64,000 nucleotides of DNA, from NCBI RefSeq assembly GCF_963921235.1, contig NC_086097.1, forward strand, positions 21,268,001 through 21,332,000. Direction: 5' to 3'. Source of the DNA: Mobula hypostoma. Lineage: Eukaryota. Made by a program: the position numbers and the translations under genes. The notes under the pieces are model-generated. The model was given only the letters and a program-made list of their open reading frames with translations, searched no databases and was not told where the DNA came from. Below are positions 24,104 to 34,342 of this stretch, piece after piece. The number at the start of each line of letters is the position of its first letter. Position 1 is the stretch's first letter.

Positions 24104-24622
24104 TGGTACTGTGCAAATGTCTCAGCCACATGTATATAGCTAGGGTGCCTAAGACTTCTGCACAGTACTGTATTTGTCAGTGTGGAGCGGAGAGCAAGTT
24201 TCTAAATTTGACGGGAGCAAAGGGTGTTGGTAACAGTGAAGGTGGAGCGCTGTGAGATGGTGTGGGACAGGTAGCAGAGAAGGAATGCCAAGGGTGGGGT
24301 GGTGCGGGTGCAGACACACACAGTCCTGAGACACCAGGAAAGGTCATTTGATTCCAAACCTTTGTTTTATTGATCATTACAGAATGTCTTTTTAGTGCTT
24401 CCTTCTCCCTTCTCCTTTTCCCAACCATGATTCCCCTCTCCCAACACTCAGTCCCCAAAAGAGACCCATATCAGAATCAGCTTTATCATCACCTACGTAC
24501 GTCATGAAATTTGTTTTTCTTTGTGGCAGCAGTACAGTGCATTATTTAAAATTACTACAGTACTGTGCAAATATCTGAGACACTATAGCTATATATGTGC
24601 CTAAGACTTTTGTGCAGTACAG
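24104..24622. mobile_element. Tc1/mariner-type composite element, copy 2 (a mini-MITE at each end)
   Basis: Two ~65-bp palindromic units (24104-24170 and 24558-24622) flank a core shared with 17041-17475. Confidence 0.75.
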
Positions 24623-25008
24623 TAAGTAATATTACCACAAATTAATTAATAAGTAATGAGTTACATTTGCATCATAAGTTTAAAAAGTAAACAGTATAAC
24701 ACCATTGGCTCTTCATACGTGATGAGACCTGGGTGGTGGCAGGCAGTTGAGTAGTCTCATGGCCTGTTGAGGGAAGCTGTTTCCCATCCTAACAATGCTT
24801 GTCCTAATGCTACGTACCTCCTGCCCGATGGGAGGGGATCAAAGAGACTGTTGGCTGGAAGGAAGGGATCATTGACAATGTACACAGTGCTCTTTATAAA
24901 TATCTGATGGGTGGAAGAGAGACCCCGATGATCGCCAGCAGTGCTCACAATCCTTTTTTGGGACTTGTGGTCAGAGACGTTGCAATTTCCATTCCAGACA
25001 GTGATGCA

Positions 25009-26461
25009 ACACATACAAAATGCTGGAGGAACTCAGCAGGCCAGGCAGCATGTAGGAAAAGAGTACAGTCAACAATTCGGGCCGAAACCCTTCGGCAGGA
25101 CTGGAGAGAAAAAGCTGAGGAGTAGATTTAAAAGGTGGGGAGAGGAGAGAGAAACGCAAGGTGATAGGTGAAATCTGAATCTGGAGGGGATGAAGTGAAG
25201 AGCTGTGAAGTTGATTGGTAAAGGAGACAGAAGGCCATGGAAGAAAGAAAAGGGGGGAGGAGCACCAGAGGGAGGTGATGGATGGGCAAGAAGATAAAGT
25301 GAGAGGGGGAAAAGGGGATGGGAAATGATGAAGTGGGGGAGGAGGAATTACCGGAAGCTTGAGAAATCGATGTTCTTGCCATCAGGTTGGAGGCTACCCA
25401 AATGGAAAATGAAGTGTTGCTCCTCCAACCTAAGTGTGGCCTCATCATGACAGTGGAGGAGGCTATAGACAGACATATCAGAATGAGAACTGGAATTAAA
25501 ATGGGTGGCCACTGGGAGAGCCCGCTTTTTCAGGCGGGCAGAGCGTAGATGCTCAGCGAAGCGGTCTCCTAATCTACGTCGGGTCTCACCGATATACAGG
25601 ATGCTACACCGGGAGCACCAGATTCAGTATATAACCCCAACAAATTCACAGGTGAAGTGTCGCCTCACCTGGAAGGACTGTTTAGGGCCTTGAATGGTAG
25701 TGAGGGAGGAGGTGTAGGGGCAAGAGTAAGTGCCAAGAGGGAGATAAGTGGGGAGGGACGAATGGACAAGGGAGTTGCATAGGGAGCGATCCCTGCGGAA
25801 AGCAGTAAGTTGGGGAGGGGGAAGGGAAGGATGTGTTTGGTGGTAGGATCCCGTTGGAGATGGCGGAAATTCCAGAGAATTATGTGCTGGACGCGGACCC
25901 TGGTAGGGTTGTAGGTGAGGACAAGAAGAACCCTATCCCTGGTAGAGTGGTGGGAGGATGGGTTAAGAGCTGACATGCCTGAAATGAAAGAGATGCGTTT
26001 GAGGGCAGTGTTGATGGTGGAGGAAGGGAAGCCTCTTTCTTTGAAAAAGGAGGACATCTCCTTCATTCTAGAATGAAAGCAGATCTGAGAGCAGATGGGG
26101 TGGAGGCAGAGGAATTGAGAGAAGAGGATGGCGTTTTTATAATTAACAAGGTGGGAAGAAGTATAGTTCAGGTAGCTGCGGGAGTCTGTGGATCAGTGGA
26201 TAAGCTGTCTCTGGAGATAGAGACAGTGAGATTGAGAAAGAGGAGGGAAGTGTTGGAAATGGACCAGGTAAATTTGATGGCATGGTGGAAGTTGGAGGCA
26301 AAGTGGATGAAGTTGATGAGTTCAGCATGGGTGCAGGAAGCAGCACCAATGCAGTTGTCGATGTAGCATAGGAAAAGTGCGGGATGGTCACCAGTGTAGG
26401 CTTGGAACATAGACTATTCCACATAACAAACAAACAGGCAGACCTAGCTGGGAGCCATGCC
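25009..26461 (-). mobile_element. Penelope-like element fragment (RT C-terminus + GIY-YIG + terminal repeat)
   Basis: FFKERGFPSS, LRYIDNC-like and GIY-YIG remnants homologous to 9745-11875; possible GATGCA TSD. Confidence 0.85.
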
Positions 26462-26843
26462 AGATGCACCTGGTCAGGACACTCTCAATGGTGCTCCTGT
26501 AAAAGTTGATGGGGATGTTTCAGGAGTTGGAGATGCTGCTGTGCTTTCTTGGTCAAAGAGGTGGTGTTGAGGTACTAGGTGAGATCATCCATCATGTGTA
26601 CACCCAGAAACTTGATGCTCCTAACACACTCCATTGAGTAGCTGTTTACATGCTGTGAGGAGTGGTCAGCCCTGCACCTTCCTAAAGTCCACAATTATCT
26701 CTTTCATCTCGTCCACACTGAGACTCAAGTTGTTATGCTCACACCATTCTACCAGCTGCCCTACCTCCTCTCTGTACACCATCTCATCGTCGTCATTGAT
26801 GAGGCCAACCACTGTTTTGTCATCAGTGAATCTGATGATCCAG

Positions 26844-27451
26844 TGTACGGGGTCTTTCTTTTGTTACATTTAAAATGGAAAGTTTGTTATGTTAATCTGG
26901 GGAATGCGGCTTTGTTGTGCTTTAACGCTGAAGAGAGTTTGCGCTAACAGTTTGTTTTACTTTAAAATGAGATAACAGGGTTCTATTAGCCAATGGGTGG
27001 TTATGTATCGTTTTGTTTTCGGATACCATGCTGTATGATATGACTGTGGACTGAGTTTTGGCGGGGAGTCGGAGGAGAGACGAGGAAGACCGCGGACGTG
27101 TGGAGAGGCTCCGGTCGATCACTCAGGGTGGTCCCGAGCCGTGAGTCGACGGAATTCGGGTGGTCATCTGAAGTCGAATTGAGCTCCAACGTAGCGCGCA
27201 AAGAACTTGGACTTTGATAAGTGTTGGCGCCTTTTTTTTTCATTACTTTCCTCTCTGTATCAAATGTATATTAATGTCATAGAATTAGTAATATCTATAA
27301 AGTGTATTTGTTAAAATTTACTGGGTGTGCTGGCTGATGATTGATGTTTGTGATTGATTCGGGTGGCAACCGACCCTGTGGGGAGTGTTGAGGCGGGTGC
27401 TGGGCTGGATTTCCCCGAGACATACACGAGCCAATATAACTGAACGTTACA
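26844..27451 (+). mobile_element. Single LTR (Gypsy- or ERV-type, tRNA-Pro primed)
   Basis: TGT(A)ACG...CGTTACA terminal inverted ends, a CCAAT box at ~26990 and a CpG-rich interior. After a 2-nt spacer (AG) comes the canonical tRNA-Pro PBS TGGGGGCTCGTCCGGGAT. Confidence 0.85.
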
Positions 27452-27453
27452 AG

Positions 27454-27504
27454 TGGGGGCTCGTCCGGGATTTGAACCGGGGACCTCTCGCACCCAAAGC
27501 GAGA
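27454..27504 (-). pseudogene. 3' two-thirds of mature tRNA-Pro(UGG) including CCA (extended PBS; not a functional tRNA gene)
   Basis: The minus strand reads TCTCGCTTTGGGTGCGAGAGGTCCCCGGTTCAAATCCCGGACGAGCCCCCA: anticodon arm, T arm, acceptor strand and CCA, with one mismatch to the recalled vertebrate tRNA-Pro. Confidence 0.9.
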
Positions 27505-29466
27505 CCTGAATCTAGCTGTGCAGTTTTGTGTCAGCAGTGCGAACAGCAGGGGGCTGAGCACACAGCCTTGGGGAGCACCAGTGCTTAGCGCAATGGAGCT
27601 AGAGATGTTGCCGCCAACACGGACTGACTGTGGTCTTTCTGTCAAGAAGTCCAAGATCCAGTTTGAAGATAGAGCTGTTGAAACCCAACGAGGACAATTT
27701 ACCCACCAACTTTGGAGGGATGATTGTATTAAACATTGAGCTGAAGTCGATAAACAGCATCCTAGTGTGTGAGGCAGTATTTTTCAGGTTGGATAGGATG
27801 GATTGAAGTTTCCGAGGCTGTGGCATCATAATATTTGCATACATCTTACAGCCTTTCAAAGAGTGTGTCCTTCATGTCGTGAACGCTTCCTGCTGATAAG
27901 TCTTATTTGCACTTCATTAATTCCGACTTGACTACCCTTCACCTGTTCTGGGTTCATGAAGATGTTAGACAATGTTCAGAGAACATAAAACAATGCAGGC
28001 CCTTCAGCCCGCAATGTTATGTTGATCTTTTAATCCTCCCTAAGATCAATCTGACATTTTCCTGCCAAACAGCCCTCCTTGTTTCTTTCATCTCTCTGTC
28101 TATCTTAAATGTCCCTTATGTACCTGCCTCTATCACCACTCATGACAGCATGTTCCATGCATCTACCATTCTCTGTGTGGTTAAAAAAAAACAACTTGCC
28201 TCTGACATCCTCCCTGTACTTTTTCTCCACTTCCCTTAAATGATGCCCTCTTGTATGAGCCATTTCTGCCCTGGGGGGAAAAAATCTCTGGCTGTCCACT
28301 TGATCGGTGCCTCTTATCATCTTGTACACCTCTGTCAAGACACTCTTCACCCTCCTTTGCTCCAAATCAGAATCTGATTTCTTATCACTGGCTTGTCATA
28401 AAATTTGCTGCTTTGTACAATACACAAAATATACATTAAAATGTACTATAAATTACGAAGAGAGAAGCCCTAATTTGCTCAACCTATGCTCATAAGACAT
28501 GCTTTCTAATTCAGACAGCATCCAGGCAAGTCTGCTCTGCACCCTCTCTGAAGCTTCCACGTCCTTCCCAAAAGTAAGGATGCTGCAGTATTTTAGTGTT
28601 CCTACACACCATGCCATTCAAGCAGTTGGATGTAGTTTGCTGTCTGAAAGGGAAATGATTCCTTCTGAACCTCCAACTGCAGGTTGGTTGGTTAAAGCCA
28701 CATGAGAAACTCTTGGCTGAGATTCTGGAAGAGATGAAGAAGGATAAGTAAAATAAACAGTCTGCCTTCAGTACACAGCTTCTGTTACTTTCTGATCCGG
28801 TTGCTCACATTTTTGTCATCAGAGTCAGTTGGGAGAATGTTTCTATAGCAATGGACAGAAATAGCGCTGTTTCTGTAATTACTGGTTTTATCAATTTTCC
28901 CTACTTCAGATGTGATCATCCATCACATTTCCCCGGTTGGAGGCGTTAGTGGTGTTACAATTAGCCCAGCCAGCGCCCTGCTCTTGAATTGTGCTGGGGT
29001 GTCAGAGGTGCTGCCTTTGAATGAGATGTTAAATTGCTGTCTCAGCCAGACAGAAAAGATCTCCTTGGCTTTAATCAAAGGAGAGCAGGAGAATTCTTCT
29101 CCTTGTCCAACGTCAGCGGAAGTTGGTCACTTGTTGCTTTTCCTGGGGCTTTGCTTGTGAAAACAGGAACTGTTTCCAGACCCCTTCACTGGGTCCTCCT
29201 GATGACGGGCAAAGTGCAATTGAATATTTTTTCCATATGTAAACCATTGAATAGCCCCCAGAAATGCTTCCGAGTCCAAATGGGGAAGTTGCAGCAAGGT
29301 AAGGGTTACGATAATGCTCAGGCAAGGATAGTTTAGATATCGTGTGCAGTCTGTCCAGGCAAGTGAAGCCTTTGAAGAGCATAGCTTCCCTTTGCATAGC
29401 AGGGGACTGGAGCCATTTGGCACACCAAGACAAGATAAGGATTCAAAAGAAGCATTCTAGAGTGAC

Positions 29467-29570
29467 GTAAACACGAGGAATTCTGCAGATGCTGGAAATT
29501 CAAGCAACACACATCAAAGTTGCTGGTGAACGCAGAGGCCTGCTGCGTTCACCAGCAACTTTGATGTGTG
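29467..29570. mobile_element. 104-bp fold-back Penelope terminal insertion
   Basis: Same terminus as 9745; perfect 28-bp stem (29508-29535 / 29543-29570); 13-bp TSD ATTCT(A/G)GAGTGAC. Confidence 0.9.
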
Positions 29571-29786
29571 ATTCTGGAGTGACACTAATTGGTCAGTTGC
29601 TTTATTAACTCTTAAGTATTATTGGCCTTTAATGTGGAGATTCTTTTGGCTATAGATACCTGTATTATTGTAGTGTGATTGGTGATTGATTATACAAATA
29701 AGGAATCTGAACATACACGAGGTTATCAATTTGTTAATATCTGTGTCAACTAGTCATTTTCTGTATAAAAATGACATTTCTTTGTT

Positions 29787-30684
29787 GCCGGCTGGTGACG
29801 CAGTGGCATCAGCGCTGGACTTCGGAGCGAAGGCTCCCGAGTTCGAATCCAAGTCAGGCCCCCTCCCCCCACCCCCGAGCACACTTTCATTCCGTGCCAG
29901 AGGATTCGAGTACAGGAGCAGGGAGGTACTACTGCAGTTGTACGAGGCCTTGGTGAGACCACACCTGGAGTATTGTGTGCAGTTTTGGTCCCCTAATCTG
30001 AGGAAAGACATCTTTGCCATAGAGGGAGTACAAAGAAGGTTCACCAGATTGATTCCTGGGATGGCAGGACTTTCATGTGATGAAAGACTGGATGAACTAG
30101 GCTTATACTCGTTGGAATTTAGAAGATTGAGGGGGGATCTGATTGAAACGTATAAAATCCTAAAGGGATTGGACAGGCTAGATGCAGGAAGATTGTTCCT
30201 GATGTTGGGGAAGTCCAGAATGAGGAGTCACAGTTTGAGGATAAAGGGGAAGCCTTTTAGGACCGAGATTAGAAAAAACTTCTTCACACAGAGAGTGGTG
30301 AATCTGTGGAATTCTCTGCCACAGGAAACAGTTGAGGCCAGTTCATTGGCTATATTTAAGAGGGAGTTAGATATGGCCCTTGTGGCTAAAGGGATCAGGG
30401 GGTATGAAGGGAAGGCTGGGGTGGGGTTCTGAGTTGGATGATCAGCCATGATCATAATAAATGGCGGTGCAGGCTTGAAGGGCCGAATGGCCTACTCCTG
30501 CACCTATTTTCTATGTTTCTATGTGCCGGGTTGAGCATTGAGCTAGCCGCTCGGCCTTGTAAAAAAACAAGGGTCGAGTCAGGAACGTTTATATCGTGAC
30601 CCGGTTAATCCGAAAGGAGGCCAATCCTGACACTACGCACCAGACAAGAATGGCTGACTGTCTGGTGCGACATTCTTGGAAGGA
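29787..30684 (+). mobile_element. tRNA-derived SINE interrupted by a CR1
   Basis: A box TGACGCAGTGG and B box GTTCGAATCC; 11-bp TSD ATTTCTTTGTT. The head and body match 45987-46210. Confidence 0.85.
29900..30522 (+). mobile_element. Young CR1 3' fragment
   Basis: Open RT C-terminus (LVRPHLEYCVQFWSP..RVVNLWNSLP); GTGCC TSD; near-identical to 52073-52652. Confidence 0.92.
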
Positions 30685-31723
30685 ATTTCTTTGTTCAGAC
30701 TTCAGAACAATGTGGTGATAGGGGCCATACTGTTGTGCACAAGTAAATAAGGTGAGTTTTCAGAATCCAGTTAATTGGCAATGTCACACAGTTTGAATCC
30801 AGTCAGCAATGAAGTGTTGATGGGGAAGGCTGATGACATCCAAAGCTAACTAGATATCAACATCCTGATCTTCTCCACTTGAACATAAAGACCTGATGCT
30901 TGGGATTGGCACTTTAGGCTGGACGCTCCCCTGGCGGTTTCTTCACGTGTTATTCCTCTGTCTCCAGCACTAAATTTCAAAGCATGAGTGGCTGCGTAAC
31001 AAAGCTTTACAGTGGCAGCTGTAAGCCTGGGGTCCAATTCCCTCCACAGTCTGTAAGGAGTTTGCTCTTTCTGCTCGTGAGTGTGTGAGGTTACTTCGAG
31101 TACTTTGGTTTTCTCACATTCCAAAATCGTACGAGTTCGGGTTAGTAAGTTTCAGGCATGCTATTTTTGCAGCAGAAACTTGGCGATATGTGGGGGCTGC
31201 CTCTCAACACATCTTGCAATGTGTTGGTTGTTGACCTAATCAAAGCATTTCACTGTATATTTCTGTGTACACATGATAAATAACGCTAATCGATCTTAAA
31301 CCAAGAGAAAAAAAAAACACCCAATTTTACCTGCAATACTATGTCCTTTCTCTCTGAGTTGCTGTCATTAGAGTCTTTGAAGGTCATCACTTTCAAGAAG
31401 GTGAAAGAAATATGGAAGGTTATGGGGGAGGGAAGGGTTGGAGCAGGTTAAAAGGTTGGTACAACATTGTGGGCCAAAAGGCCTGTACTGTGCTGTAATG
31501 TTTTATGCTCGAGCTGCAAGAATCATAACATGGGGATGGGGTTACTAATGGAAGGGTTGCTACAATAGCTGTGTCTGTTTCGGTGGATGCACGTTGGAAG
31601 GGTGGCCGATGGTCGAGGCAGGAGGAGGTGCAGGTTCATCCATTGGCATCCTGATTGTGCCCTGAACTCTGATAACTTTCTGTCCGATAGCATTGAAAGG
31701 CTCTCCGATCCCATGGTTCTGGA

Positions 31724-31852
31724 ATGGCCAGGTGGTTCCTGAGGTTTGGAGCAGCGGCCACGGCAGGGTTAACGGTATCGGGTTTATACGCTGCCACCCG
31801 GGTGGATCCGAATGACATCGGAATCATTAGAATTGGACGAGCTGTTGTCACG
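31724..31852 (+). CDS. ADCK1: ADCK1 (aarF-domain kinase 1) first coding exon, MARWFLRFGAAATAGLTVSGLYAATRVDPNDIGIIRIGRAVVT
   Basis: Acceptor ctttctgtccgatAG at 31689-31690, ATG at 31724, phase-0 donor ACG|GTAAGT. The peptide matches recalled ADCK1 ..LDPNDFGAVRVGRAVAT. Confidence 0.92.
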
Positions 31853-32079
31853 GTAAGTTATGCTAGTAAATCAGAAAAATCACATTTGCACTAGGATTTT
31901 ATTTGGGGTTTTTACCGCCCCCCCCCCCAGTAAACAATAGAGACACAGTTACATCGTAGTGAAGCAGATCCTTTGGGTATTGCCCATCTTAGTGCCCAAA
32001 TAGTGGAACCTTTCTACATTAATCCTGCTGTTTCTCTGTAGGAACTCTCCACCTCTTCACTCTGAATGAAGATTCATTT

Positions 32080-33230
32080 CATTTTTAAATCTTTTTATTA
32101 ATATATAATCTATTACAGCTATAAAATACAGAAATACAACAAATTAGTATATATATAATTAATAAAGCTGAAGGAATCATATATATGCTAATGAAAAAAA
32201 ATTTTTATAAAAGAAAAAGAAGGAAAAAAGAGAACCCCAGCTAACTAAAAAAAAACTCACTAACTATAAGACAAAAAAAAGGAAAAAAAAACCCATTAGG
32301 AATCAACTCCTGGAATGATACATCCTACAATCTTTTATATAAAAAAAGAAAAAGAAACCAACAACTGCCAAATCACATTTATATAACTTAAAATTGGGAG
32401 GAAACCATGTAAATTGATTCAAATTAAATGATAATATTTAGCAAAAGAGCCCCACCTTCTCTCAAAATCAAATCGGAATTAAAAGTTCTACTTCTAATTT
32501 TTTCCAAACTAAGACATAACATTACTTGGGAAAACCATTGAATTAGTGTAGGAGCAGAGGTATCTTTCCACTTCAATAAAATAGCTCTTCTTGCCAACAA
32601 TGTAACAAATGCAATTACATGTTGGTTTGAAAATGAAATACCCAGAATGTGATGCGGAACTATTCCGAATAGAACAGTCAATGTATTAGGTTGTAAGTTA
32701 ATTTTCAAAGCTTTAGAAATTGTAGAAAATAAAGATTTCCAAAAAGATTTTGACAAGGGACATGACCAGAACATATCTGACAAAGTAGCTACTTCATTTT
32801 TGCACCTATCACAGTAATTATCTATATTAGGGAATATTTTGGATAGCCTCTCCTTTGTTAAATAATAGCGGTGAACAATTTTAAACTGAATTAAACAATG
32901 ATTGGCACATATCAAAGAAGAATTAACCATTTTCAAAACTCGCAACCAGTCTTCATTAACAAAAGTAATATTAAGTTCTCTCTCCCAATCTTGTTTCATC
33001 TTATAGTGAGTGGTTATCTTCTTGTAGTAAAAATAAATTATAAATTCTACCAGTGGAACCTCTCACTAAGGGATTCGTATTCAAAATACCGGCCAACAAA
33101 TCAGATTCTTGCATATATGGAAACGTAGAAACATATTTTTGTAAAAAAATGTCTAACCTGTAAATATTGCAAGAAATGTGTGTGAGAGAGAGAATATTTA
33201 CTAATTAACTCTTCAAAAGACACACTCTGA
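32080..33230 (-). mobile_element. L1 3' fragment (ORF2 C-terminal Cys motif + A-rich tail)
   Basis: QFKIVHRYYLT..CDRCK...MFWSCP in ORF 32424-32999. Confidence 0.85.
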
Positions 33231-34342
33231 ACGAAGATGGTGAACTTGTGGAATTTACTACCACAGAAGGCTCAGGAGATGAGGTCACTGAATATATTTA
33301 AGACAGAGGTAGATAAACTCGGAAAACATCAAAGGTTTTGGGAATAGAGTAAGACTTTTAGTAGTGAGATGAGGAATCAGCCATGATTATATTGAATGGT
33401 AAAGGTAACTCAAGGGACTGAACCGTCTCCTGCTTTTACTTTCTGTGGAAGCCTCTTGTGCTTGTAAGGTTTTCTTTGAAATATATCACCTTGACTTTTT
33501 GCTGCTACTCCTCTATTGACTTGGTTCCTACTTTTGTCTATTTTGCATATCCTTTGTCTGCTCTGCTTCAAATATTTAATAATATTTACAAGATACTTTG
33601 ATAAATACATGGTAGGAAAAGTTTGAGGGGTCTGGGTCAAACACGGGCAAATGGAGCTAGTTTGGTGGGAGCTGCGGTCGGCATAAACAAGATGGAGTGA
33701 AGAACCTGGTTCCATGCTGTGTATTACTCTGATTCTCAAAAACAGTTACTTTCTGCAAGCAGTAAGGCTGATCATCTCCTCCACCCATTAACCCATCCCT
33801 CCATACCTTCAACCGCCACTACTTTATCATTTCATGTCAGAATCATCTTATGTACAGATACTCCTGTGCCTAGTGTCACTTTATGGATATACAATCAATC
33901 TACATATACAAGTTAACTTGTGTATTTATATTGAATGTGTTCTTTATTATTGTATTATTTATCTTATTGTGTTTATTTTGGTGCTGTATCAGATCCGGAG
34001 TAACAATTATTTTGTTCTCCTTTAAACTTGTGTTCTGGAAATGACATTAAACAATCTTGAACATCTAACTCAACTCAATCTATTGATGCCCCCTTTTAGT
34101 TTGATGCTCCATTTGCATGACCAAACAGGCTGCTGTTCTTTGTGAGGTGGCCAAATTTAGTTTTGTGTTCCCCATTGCATTAGCTGGCTCCAGCAGTGGT
34201 ACTTGTTGGACACCACTAATCTTTCTTACAATTTGCAGAGAAACCACTTATCCCTATTTCATTCTCTGTCAGATAATCCAACAGGGATCATTCCATTTTG
34301 AAAGCATTTAGCTGTTGTGTCCAGGCCATTTTCTGCCTTCAG

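Larger units (their letters stand above)
24690..27800 (-). mobile_element. Degenerate Rex1/Babar LINE hosting a Penelope and an LTR insertion
   Basis: [26 protein letters not shown] and LPSGRRY pieces lie in order, separated by the inserts. Confidence 0.8.

Noticed and set aside
27454..27504. Functional tRNA-Pro gene
   Set aside because: It lacks the 5' acceptor strand and the D arm (A box) and includes the post-transcriptional CCA, so it is a cDNA copy.
29686..30432. 248-aa ORF
   Set aside because: Chance read-through from flank into a SINE head and a CR1 RT C-terminus; it begins at a non-ATG codon and shows no sign of being a gene.
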